Source of the DNA: Heptranchias perlo
Lineage: Eukaryota
DNA length: 64,000 nt
NCBI RefSeq assembly: GCF_035084215.1
Contig: NC_090336.1
Location: forward strand, 29,016,001-29,080,000
Reading direction: 5' to 3'
Position numbers and translations under genes: made by a program. Below, piece by piece: positions 1 to 12,500 of the stretch. The stretch's first letter is position 1; the number at the start of each line of letters is the position of its first letter. Below the pieces are notes generated by a model that was not told the origin of the DNA, did no database searches, and saw nothing but the letters and a program-made list of their open reading frames with translations.

Positions 1-266
1 GAAAACATGCAAAGGCAAAATGTTCATAAATACTATAATCAAACTTTAAAAAAGATTTTTTTTTTAAAATGGGGTCAAAAAGTTTTTCAATAACTGCTCA
101 AGTTCAATATTTAAAGTTCCAAAAATGGTATAACATATCTACAAATTTGCACTGAACACATGCAATAAATGCTACTTTCTTCAATTAAAATGTTCAGTGC
201 TGTATTATATATATTTTATCAGAAATGATGAACAAAGTCTGCATTTCAAAACATATTTAAACTCAC

Positions 267-578
267 CTTTGAGGGGCAGTTGAATACATCTTTTGAATAC
301 ATCACTTTTGGAATTCTCTTCATACTGAAAGATTAATTCTCTTTCAAAGTCTTCAGCAGTCACTAAAAACATCAGACAACTGTCTATACTGTAAGTGTTT
401 TCAGGGGTAAGCACAGGACCTGAATTTGTCACTCCATCTTTAACGCGATCAGATCCTTTGTACCACTCAACAGTAACATTTTTATGGAGAAGATCGTACA
501 CTGAATGGGACACAGATAAGGGCTCGCCATACACAGGGTTCTTTGGCTCCATTTTGAATTCTGAAAATTTAGGCGAGC
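267..578 (-). CDS. Gene B exon 9: post-TM C1-like domain 5 (both canonical Cys lost); the gene continues left of the window
   Basis: GSPKFS...[20 protein letters not shown]...GVTNSGP. 312 nt, donor AAAG|GTGAG, no stop codon. Confidence 0.87.
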
Positions 579-3500
579 CTATAACATAGAAAATAATATA
601 TTTAATGGATACAAAAAGGCAAGATTAAGCCACATCCTATCTGCCAAGAATTTTTTTAATTCATTCTCTGGATATGGGCGTCGCTGACATGGCCTGCATG
701 TATTGCATATCTCTAGTCACCCTTGAGATGGTGGTGAACCGCTACTGTCCACAGCATGAAGGTACTCCCAACAAAGCTGTTAGGTAGGGAATTCCAGGAT
801 TTTGGCCCAGCTACAATGAAGGAATGGCAATACATGTCCAAGTGACTTGGAGGTGATAGTATTCCCACGCACCTGCTGCCTATGTCCTTCTAGGTGGCGG
901 AGGTCACGTGCTGCCGAACTTGCTGCAGTGCTTCCTGTACATAGTACACAATGCAGCCACAGTACGCCGGTGGTGGAGGGTGTGACTGTTTATGCTGGAT
1001 AGGGTGCCGCCAGCAGACTGCTTTGTCCTGGTTAGTGTTGAGATTCTTGAGTGTACTTGCAACTGTACCCATCCAGGTGAGTGGAGAGTATTCAATCACA
1101 CTCCTGACTTGTAGGTGGTGGAGAGGCTTTGGGGAGTCAGGTGAGCCGCTCACCATAGAATACCCAGCTTCTGACCAGCTCCAGTAGCCATGACACTTGA
1201 GAGTTTCTGGTCAATGGTGACCCCCAGGATATTGATGGTGGGGGATTTAGCGATGGTGATGTCATTGAATGTCAAGATGAGGTGGTTAGATTTCCCCTTC
1301 ATATCCAAAACGTAAATATATCAATGTTTAGTAAGCAGACTTTTCATTGTTGTAGTACTCATTTTCCTCAGCCTGCATAGGCCAAGAGGAAATAGAAAGT
1401 GGCATTTCCACTGTGGTGTAGAGCATTTTGTAAATTTAAAAAATGGCACCCATACAAAAAGTCTTGCCCTGCTGATGTTTGAAATGGTCAGCTCCTAAAA
1501 GTTTCTACTGCACCTCAAATTTAAAGAAAATCTGTATAAATTACAATTTTGTTTAAATTGGCAGATTATTGTATGATTAGACTATTTCTCAACAACACTA
1601 ATTAGGCAGTAAAGATCATAGTGGTAAATTGGGCTATTCTTATTCAGAACAAAGAAAAGTGAAAGTAATATAATTGCACAGTTAAGAAGTTTTAGCATTT
1701 CAAATGTACAGGGCAAGTACAGGGCATTTCACAGGGCAAGTACAGGTCATGCAATTAATTCTGGTTAGTCTCTTGATCTTTGAACAGTTGCCAACAGAAC
1801 TCATTTCATCTTAAGCATACCGTAGCTTGACAAACAGAAAATTTTAAACTCACCTTTAAGAAATAGCTGAAAACATTGCTTAAAAGGTTTGGTTGAAGAT
1901 TTTGAATGACAAACTTCAATTCTGTATTCAGCTTGATGATCATCAGTACTTGGAGTCAAGGTTACTTGGGTGACTTTGTTGTACAGACCATTTTCACAGG
2001 ATGAATCTTCCATAATGTTTCCATGTTTTCCAATCTGGTTCATTTTCACCTCATTTCTGAACCATTCAACTTGAATATCCTCTGGATAAAAGTTACTTAT
2101 AGAACAGGTTAAAGTCAATTCCTTCCCTAGTTCAGGGATGGGAGGATTGCAGATAATTTCAGATACCTTAGGGAAAGATACTGAAATAAAGAGAAACATT
2201 AAGAAAAGCTGAAATACATCTTTCCAAATTTTGTTTCAGATATTGGTACCAAAAGTTCTGTGTAACAAATTATTTTGAATGTATTCAATGTTTGTAAGTT
2301 AATTAGAAAGCACCAAATAAGTGGACTGTTAACATTCATCCCTACATAAGTATACTCACAGAAATGCAAACAAGTCTTAGTATTTTAAACCAATGTTATT
2401 CTCTAAGCTAGAGCTTGTCATTTAAAAAAAATACTCCACAGAAAATAGTTACTTCAGTTTTTCATCACAACTAACTTTTAAGCACCAGAATAACTCAGTA
2501 TGTAAAGGCACAGTGTGGTAAACCATACAGATCAGGAATCCAAGATTCAATTCCATGTATATGCTCAACTACCGCAGGATTGTCACCAGGATTTTGATTA
2601 CATCACCTGGCATTGCACTTGCAAGCTTTTCAAAAATGGGTTAATGTGTGTTTTACCTAATTTTGCTCCCTAATTTCAAACTATGGGAACATACACAATG
2701 CAATAATTTTACTGCTGATGCATTTAGATCTGTCATTCTGTGGCAAAAAAAATTGCATTAATGTAATATAAAATTTACAAACCAAGAACTCCATGCCTGA
2801 TCAGGCATTATTTCCTGAACATCACTGTTCACATTTTTGGGAAATAAGACTTTAATGTCCCATGTGATTTCACTGATACCAGCTCCACTCTGAATATGCC
2901 TAGCAACAATGTAACCCAATTTGTTCCAAACAATTTTGTGTCCCCCCCACCATTATTTTAAGTGTAGCTCTTCAATCTTTAAATTTTCTAAACACTCATG
3001 TGGTCTGGGGAATATAATATCCCATCAATGCTCCACTAACATTAAAATTTAACTGCATATTGATGACCATGGTCAGAATATAACTTGGATCTAGACAAGG
3101 ATCCCCTCTGAACAACTACTTTTAGTGAGAAGTTCGCTCACTGACCTATTTAGGGTACTATTAGGTTTGCCTAACTGTCTGAGGAACTGTAGCATTAGAA
3201 CACATTTAAACTCCAGTAATACTGTTTTGCACACCAGAACCAGCTGACTGCTAATCTTAGCCATCCTGGTGAAAGGTGGCAAAGGATAACAAAATTTTGA
3301 GTGAATACATTTTTATGAAATTAGAACACAATTTAGTTTAGTTATAAACAAAAAGATCTACATTTTTCATATTGCAGAAATGTTTTTAAACTGAGAATAA
3401 ACATACCTAAGTTTTCAGGAATGTATTCTGCAATCCTTGGATACATAAGACTCTCATGTGCAACCTGGCATTTATATTTACTCTGTAGGTCAGATAGTGT

Positions 3501-6500
3501 TGGAATAATTGTACATGAACTGGTAAGTTCATACAACTCATTCTCAGAAATGTGAATTATTTCATCTCTTTCCATAATAGTGTCATTATTTTTGAGCCAT
3601 TGGACAGTAATATTTTTAGGATAAAATGAATGCACTTTGCAGGACAGAGTCAACTCTTCTCCAAGTACCGGGTTCACTGGTTCACATGAGATAGCATTAA
3701 GTGAAGGAAAAGCTGTAAAATATAAAACAGTAGAACATTACTACATACTTACATATATATAGTATATTAGTGATAAACTTTTTCATAACAGTATCTTTTT
3801 TGGTGGTGGATGAAAGAATAATAATGACCTGGACACCCCTGTTCTTTAAAGTAGTTCAATGGGATCTTAAACATCCACCTGAACAAGAAAGGGCCTCAGT
3901 TTAACATCTCATCCAAAGGATGACACCTCCAGCAGTGCAGTACTTATTCTGTACTATACTGAAAGGTCAGCTGGAATGTGAGTTGAATCCACAACATTCA
4001 ACTCCAACTGAGTCAAGGAAAGGAACAGGAAATGGTAAATGTGTGTAAAATATGAAAGGGTGTTCATTAGCAGGGGTAAAAAAAACAATGAGTGTGATGA
4101 CTGATTACATCCTAAAAGTATCTAGCCAATTAGTCAATTTACAACCTGGGGTACAGCTGGGCAGCACTGAATTATAAGTCAGAAAAGCGAGAAAAGAAAA
4201 GGAGGGAAAAAAGGAAAGAAGCCAATTATTGTAATGTAGGAAATGTGGCAGCAAGGCCTCACACACAGCAAGGCGATAATAACCAGATAATGTTTGTAGT
4301 GATGGTGGTAAAATAAATTATAACAATAAGAAAAAGAAGAAAATGCATATTGGAAATAAAAGCAGAAAATGCTAGCAATAACAGGTCTACCAGCATCTGT
4401 AAATATAATTTAGCCAATCTAAAGGGCTGGGGTCAGGTGGCACTGTGACTTAGCACATTATTCTTTCACCTCTGGTACCTGGTCTGAATTCATTCCAAAA
4501 AGATGGGATGAACATTTCCACTTTTTAAATGACGGCTAAGAATCCTACATGATGGAAGCTGGAGCCATCTCAACACAATTTTTAATGGTCTGGAGTCTAT
4601 GGGATAAAACTGCCTGCAAATTGGTAATTTCACTGAGGCCACAGAGATGACTAACTTAGGAAATGATCAAATTTGCAACAGTTGATCACATTTTCACAAC
4701 TAAACACCTGGAAGTGCTTAATGCTGACAACAGATGCTCAGCATGGAAGGTTGCTCTATTCCCAAGCACTGAAATTCTTCATATCAATGCGAACAGAGGA
4801 AAAAAAAACACCAACAAATTTTAAAAGGGACTGAGAAATGTCAAGAACTTTGCATTCAGGTTACCTTTTACTTCCAGTTTGATCTGTTGCTCTGCTGGAT
4901 TTCTCAAACCAATGTGCTGAACTTCACAGAAATATTCACTGTTATCATCTTCTCGGATCGTTGCATTAAAGAGCAACATGCTGCAGACGCTGTGAGAGTG
5001 GTCAGGAGAACTAAACTCACTCATACTGTGGGAATATTTTTCTGGATAGGAATTCTCTTCAGCTACATTGTTGTGTTTCAACACAGGATGTTTAATTCCA
5101 TTCATTATTTTATACCAGGTGACCGTTAAAGGACGTGGCTTGAAAACATTTATCGGACAAGTCAGCATCACTGTATTGTTATGATGCACAACTGGGGGTC
5201 TAATTATGTTAGCCAATTTAGGAGCAACTAAAGGGGGAAAAAAAAAAACACAAAACATTCAGTTTTAATTACACACAACTTCTGAAGATAAATGTTATTG
5301 ATTTATCTTTTATCATACATTACTCACAAAATGAAAGGTCATTATCTATACATGTACTAAACAAACAATGTTGTGTCTCCATTAATCTTAAGCCATTTCA
5401 GTTCTCTTTGACAACCATGCAAGTGGTCTGTTCCCTATCCTACTTCCTCCACCCCAACCCATGTTGCAGCTTTAGTTTCTCTTTCATCTGTAGCAATACC
5501 CAGACATGCCAGTAGTGCAGCTCCAAATTCAGGACAGGTATAACAAAGATAATCTCACCCAAGACAGAGTTAGGAACATAGCAACAGAAGTAGGGCATTC
5601 AGCCCCTCGAGCCTGTTCCACCATTCAATTAGATCATGGCTTAACTTCATCTACCGTCCTCGGTTCAGTAACCCTTAATACCCTTGCCTAACAAAAATCT
5701 ATCAATCTCAGTTTTGAAATTTTCAATTGACCTAGCCTCAATTGCTTTTTGGGGGGGTGGGGGGAGGGGGGTGGGAAAGAGTTCCAGAGAGAGTTACATC
5801 CCAGCCCCTATCCCTCCAAACTCAGGCTCTCTCTTTCATAAATAGGGACAAATATCCATTTTTACAGCTATTAGTGGGTCAGAGCCCCACCTCCGGCTCC
5901 AGGTCAGTGAGAGGAATAGGAGATTGTGAGAGTGAAGTAGTGGAGGGAGAGAGGGGAGACACAGATGCAAGGGGACACTTATAATAGCTCATTTGCATTA
6001 TTTGTATAAGGAGGCACCGTGAGCAGATGATCAGATCAGAAAAATAACCTAATTTTCCTCTTTACAAATACCCCAACAATCCATTATTGAATTGTTTTTT
6101 TCCTAACCCATCAATGAAAAACGTTCTTTTTATTTACGGCAAAAGTCAAAGCTGAGAGATTTCAGAATGGAAGTTTTGCCCAATTCAAGAACTGAAGCCA
6201 CAGAACCAGGCCTGGTAGGCTACGATGAAGCAAAATAGCCTTTATCCGATCCGAAATGACACCAATGTCCTTGTGGAGAAGGCGAATAGGTCAGTGGGGA
6301 GAACATAATATGTTTGGGGGGGGGGGGGAACTAGGCTTGATATTAGGGAGGGACAGCAGGATTAATGAAACTGTAGGAGTAGAAGCAGAAGGCTTAGTTG
6401 ATATAGCAAGAAAATATTACAAGAAAAAGGGAAAGAGAGGGGCTTTGGGATAATGCAAGGTAAAAGCACCATTGTACAAGAGACAAAAGATACCAAAAAC

Positions 6501-9500
6501 TAATTGAGAAAACTAGGAAAAAGAATAAAGCTCCATTATCTAAAAAAATTGGAATCAGGATTGATATGTAGGTAAATGGACATTGCATTCAAAACAAATT
6601 GAAGTGCTAGATGCACTAGTAGCTATAAAGGACATGATATAGTAGCTATAATTGAGACATAACTTAGGTTTGGACAAAATTGATAACTTAATAGTCCTGG
6701 TTTAATATTTTCAGGAGAGATGGAGAGGGGAAAAGGGGGCAGTATTAATAAAGTATTCTATCCCAGTGCTAAAATGTAAGAATGTTCTAAAGGGTTAGGC
6801 TAAGACAGAATTTATATGGATGAAGTTAAGGAAAGAATGGGAAATGGTACAATCTTGCTGTAGTTGTAGGCCACCAAATAGTGGAGAGAAGATACAGGAG
6901 GAAATATGTAGAGAGGTGAAAGAACAACTGGACAATATTATTGGGATGATTTTAAGTTAGGAAACAAGACCACAGATCAGCTGTGAAGATTGTTCAAATG
7001 TGAGATGAATGGAGTACAAAATGTATTTGTATCAGGCAAAAAAGGATGCATCAAAGAATAGAGATTGTAAAAAGGAGGCATGTGATAAAACTAAGGCTAA
7101 GAAAATCATGAGAAATATAGAAAGTATAGTGAGGTGAAAAGGATAGAAGGGCCAAAAGAGAATATGAAAAATGGTTACAATATAGACATCCTTACTATTT
7201 CTTTTTAATATGGATATTGGAAGTAAAATAATTCAAGAGTAGGACCTCTCTGGGATGAAGAAAGAAATCTAATTATGAAAGACGATATTAAATAGATCAT
7301 TTGTCAATTTATTTTTTAAATGATGGAGGAAGTAAGAATTCAGTTATATTCGAGAAGCACGTGAAACAATTGTTGGGGATTAATTGTAGAAAAGAAATTT
7401 GTGCTGAAAAGGTTAGCAAAACTCAAGACCTGCATCCTGAACTCTGATCACAATTTTTCAATCTTTCTTAAACATGCAAATTGTGCCAAGGTACCTGACA
7501 GCAGCTGTTCGAGAAGGATAAAGCAGGTAACTATAGACTAATCAGTAGTGGACAAACTTTTAGAATCCATAATTTGTGATTAAATTAACCAGCATTTAGA
7601 GATGCAGAGGATAATCAAGGACAACCAGCGGGATTTGTTAAAGGCAAGTCTTGTTTGACAATTTAATAGTGTTTTTTTTTAAAAATGGTGACGGATTGTA
7701 TAAAGGGAATTCATTAGATGTACTGTATATGGATTTTTCAGAAAGAGTTTGATAAGGTTTCTAACAAGACGCTGGTTACAGAACTTCAGGTATATAGAAG
7801 AGGAAATGTAGCAGAAGGCTGGGTGACTAACAGCAATCAAGGGTCAGGGTTAATGGGTGTTGCTCAGATTGGAGAAGGGTTGTAAGTGATATATCCCAGG
7901 GGTCAGTGCTGCTTCCATTTTTGTTCTCACGATTATGAGTGTGTGAATGTGAGCGGAACTGTAAGCAGGAGCCACTTTTTTGTTGATCCATGAGCAACAC
8001 CATAGAATATCAAAGTTATTCTAAACATGACCAACCCTTGAATTAATACCATGTTTTGTAAATCAGCCAAGAAAACTGCCATGAGGTATCACTGAGCTAT
8101 GAGAATGGGTCTCTTGACACAATAAGCTTCTGTTTATTCTTGAAAGAGTAAATGAACATATCTGAAGAAAAAAATCCATCTATGCCACAAATAGGTGAAT
8201 TAAACATCATGCTTCCCCCCACCCATGAAAATAACACAATAGAAAAATTACTCAAACATCATACATATTATTAAAAAACCTGTACATTTACTGCCCTTCT
8301 GTGCTAGTATTTCATGCTTTCTAACTGCCAGCTAGATGGAGCTTGGGGGCAGATACTTTGTAAAGAATCCCTTCTTCCATGATATTACAAACAGGAAATA
8401 CTCTATCCTCACTTGTGTCATTACAAGAAAGACAATTCATCATGTTACTGATGGAAGAAATTCTACAGAAATACGATTCTGCAAGCCAAAAAACACTAGT
8501 GAAATTTGAAGGAACCTTGCTTTATACCATTTATGCAGTGACTTTGCATAAAAGACACTCTTTTAAGCTACCTTCAGTTCTCTGCTGGATTGCTGTAATT
8601 TCTTCCCACTCCCTCTGCATTCTTTCACATCCTACAGTTCTGGTTCCAGATATGTTCTAGCCTATTGGTCCTTTGTTGAACAGTTCAGTACCACTGTGCC
8701 CTCTCCATTTTTCCCTTCAACATTTCTTCATCACACAGCTTTTATCCTAAATTAGTAACCATATCATTTAAAAGCACTCACTCAGAATTGTAGATAGGGG
8801 ATTTTACTACAATGGATTTAATTTTAACAAGTCATCCATGAGAGGGAGGCAAAATATGTCAAGAGGCCCATTCTCAAATAGCTCAATGATACTTTAAGGC
8901 AACTTTCAGCCACAGAAGCATCAATTTGCGAATGTCTTTTGGATGGAGCAGGTGGTATATTATACTGTTCAAAGTGGATATCCATGAATGCCATGAGAAA
9001 ACCTGAGGGCCACAATACCATAAAGTACTCATTTGAAAACTTATGATTGTTAGTTCTAGTGGACATGACTTGGGGTTGCAACATTTAATGAGTGCAATCA
9101 AGAAGTGGCAGTGAAGATTATTGATGTGATCAATCTGAACACACAGCGTCCACACATTCTACCTAACAGAACGGCGACTTCTGATAGACTTATAAAAAGC
9201 TTACTTCCATCAACTTGTAAAGAGATGCTTCTGAAGGTGTCCTCACTGCAGGCTGGATGCATCACTTCACATGTGATTATTGCTTGATTATCCTCATTGA
9301 TGTCAGGATAAACCGCAAGAATGCTAGAAACGCTGAATGTTCCATCATCATTTTTCTGGAAACTGCCCAACTTGACTTTCCATTGACACTCAGCATGAAT
9401 CCTTTTTGCAGTCTCATCTTTTTTCCTGTCAGTGACGAAAGGTATATGGATCATGTAGTCTGTATGCCATTCACCAATCAATTTCTTTTCAGAGTCCTTC

Positions 9501-12500
9501 ACCCTCTTCAAATACCAGGTGATAGTAATGACATCAGGTCGGAATCCAGACACTTGACACGTAAACTCTGCAAGTTCTTGGTGTACAATTCGGGCAGGTA
9601 TTTGAATGTCTGATACTTTTGGTGCAACTGGGAATAAAAGAAAATTTAAAGAAATTTCAAGTTGGATTGTTCCAAATTATCTTTGACGCTTCCTGAAAAT
9701 TCCAATCATTTGGTATATCTAGTCTTCACTGATTGTGAAATACATATTAAAAAAACCTGTACATTTACACAAAGAATGCTCCCAAAACGCTCGTCATCGG
9801 AACAACTCAGCAGGTACAAAGACCCTACTTGAGGATCTTCATGTTAGCAGAATGATTTACATTTTGGAAATAAGCATTAAATAATTGAATATAAGCTTAT
9901 CATTTCCCTCTTTGAAAAGGTGGAGTATTTTGAATTAACAATTACACCCTTTGGAGTTTCTTTCCCTTGTAAACGTTCACCCAGTCCACTAAGTTCCAGA
10001 ATATACTAAGTAATTGTCATCAGCAACACTGGTACCAGATCAAAGATTCAAATACAGTAAGACAGTACAAGGGTTAGAGTAACAGTAACACACTGTAGCT
10101 GCAAACAGCAAATTAATAAGGAGTTTATGAAGGTACAAAGATTCTAAGCAGAAAGTTTATGAAAATTATCCATCAAAATACAAAACACAAATAAAATACA
10201 CTTCACGATTAGACATTTCATACTTAGTTTGCATCTCAATTAAGCACTCGTTAGCAGACTAATCATTTATGTTTAAAAACACTACAGATTGGTGCTGTTA
10301 CAACTTGATGCAAAAAAAATCAAGCAATTGTAGCAGATTTGGTGCAGTATTAGTTAACCAGAATATACAAGAATTTGCTGGAACAGCAGAAACTATGCTG
10401 CAGTAAGAGTTATTATTGCCCCCCTCCCCACCCCCATAACCTAAATTTCCTTTGTCATTTCACTCCAAGTTTATCCCCTAATCTGTCCGAAGTAGCACAC
10501 GTAGAATTGTAGGTTTACCTTTAAAGTAGAACCGCATGTAGAAGAAAATCCCCACTGCTATTAATGCAACAGAAATAATAATGCTTGCAAAGATGCTTCC
10601 AACTATTGATCCTGTGGACAGACGAATTTCTGCTTCTGTAAAAAAAAGTTACATATTTCTCATACTGGATTTTAAAAAAATGGTTCCACAACTCACCAGT
10701 GTAAAACCGTATAATAAGAGTAAAGTATACCAGAGAAATACTTAGCACAGCTCTGGACCAGCCAAATCAGGGAAAGTGCTCATAAATAACAGGCATTTGT
10801 TTTCACACATCTGAGTGTCCCATATTGTCTGCAACCCAGTTGTGTTATTTGGAAAACTGGCTATTGCACCTATAATGACTGAAAATCCAGTGTCTACTGG
10901 GACTTACATGTCATTGAAAATTTGTGTCAAAATGAAAAATTTGTCTATAGCAGCATTGTGTGTGTCTTTGGCAAGCAGCAGAGGGTAATCGCTTGCAACT
11001 ACAATATGGATGCAATTGCCAAACAAGTAGAAAGCACTGTTAGCCATGTGCTCAGGGTTTTTTTTAAATTTCGTTCCTGGGATGTGGGCGTCGCTGGCAA
11101 GGCCAGCATTTATTGCAAATCCCTAATTGCCCTCGAGAAGGTGGTGGCGAGCCGCCATCTTGAACCGCTGCAGTCCGTGTGGTGAAGTTCTCCCACAGTG
11201 CTGTTAGGTAGGGAGTTCCAGGATTTTGACCCAGCGACGATGAAGGAACAGCGATATATTTCCGAGTCGGGATGGTGTGAGACTTGGAGGGGAACGTGCA
11301 GGTGATGTTGTTCCCGTGTGCCTGCTGCCTTTGTCCTTCTAGGTGGTAGAGGTCGTGGGTTTGGGAGGTGCTGTCAAAGCCTTGGCGAGTTGCTGCAGTG
11401 CATCCTGTGGATGGTACACACCACAGCCACAGTGCGCCGGTGAAGGGAGTGAATGTTTAGGGTGGTGGATGGGATGCCAATCAAGCGGGATGTTTTGTCC
11501 TGGATGGTGTCGAGCTTCTTGGGTGTTGTTGGAGCTGCATTCATCCAGGCAAGTGGAGAGTATTCCATCACACTCCTGACTAGTGCCTTGCAGATGGCAC
11601 GAATGTTACTTGCCAGTTATCAGCCCAAGCCTGGATGTTGTCCAGGTCTTGATGCACGCGGGCACGGACTACTTCATTATCTGAGGGGTTGCAAATGGAA
11701 CTGAATACTGTGCGATCATCAGCGAACATCCCCATTTCTGACCTTATGATGGAGGGAAGGTCATTGATGAAGCAGCTGAAGGTGGTTGGGCCTAGGACAC
11801 TGCCCTGAGGAACTCCTGCAGCAACGTCCTGGGGCTGAGATGATTGACCTCCAACAACCATTACCATCTTCCTTTGCGCTAGGTATGACTCCAGCCACTG
11901 GAGAGTTTTCCCCCTGATTCCCATTGACTTCAATTTTACTAGGGCTCCTTGGTGCCACACTCGGTCAAATGCTGCCTTGATGTCAAGGGCAGTCACTCTC
12001 ACCTCACCTCTGGAATTCAGCTCGTTTGGACCAAGGCTGTAATGAGGTCTGGAGCAGAGTGGTCCTGGCGGAACCCAAACTGAGCATCGGTGAGCAGGTT
12101 ATTGGTGAGTAAGTGCCGCTTGATAGCACTGTCGACGACACCTTCCATCACTTTGCTGATGATTGAGAGTAAACTGATGGGGCAGTAATTGGCCGGATTG
12201 GATTTGCCCTGCTTTATGTGGACAGGACATACCTGGACAATTTTCCACACTGTTGGGTAGAGGCCAGTGTTGTAGCTGTACTGGAACAGTTTGGCTGGAG
12301 GTGCGGCTAGTTCTGGAGCACAAGTCTTCAGCACTACAGCCGAGATGTTGTCGGGGCCCCTTAACCTTTGCTATATCCAGTGCACTCAGCCGTTTCTTGA
12401 CATCACGTGGAGTGAATCGAATTGGCTGAAGACTGGCTTTTCCGATGGTGGGGATATCGGGAGGAGGCCGAGATGGATCATCCACTCGGCACTTCTGGCT

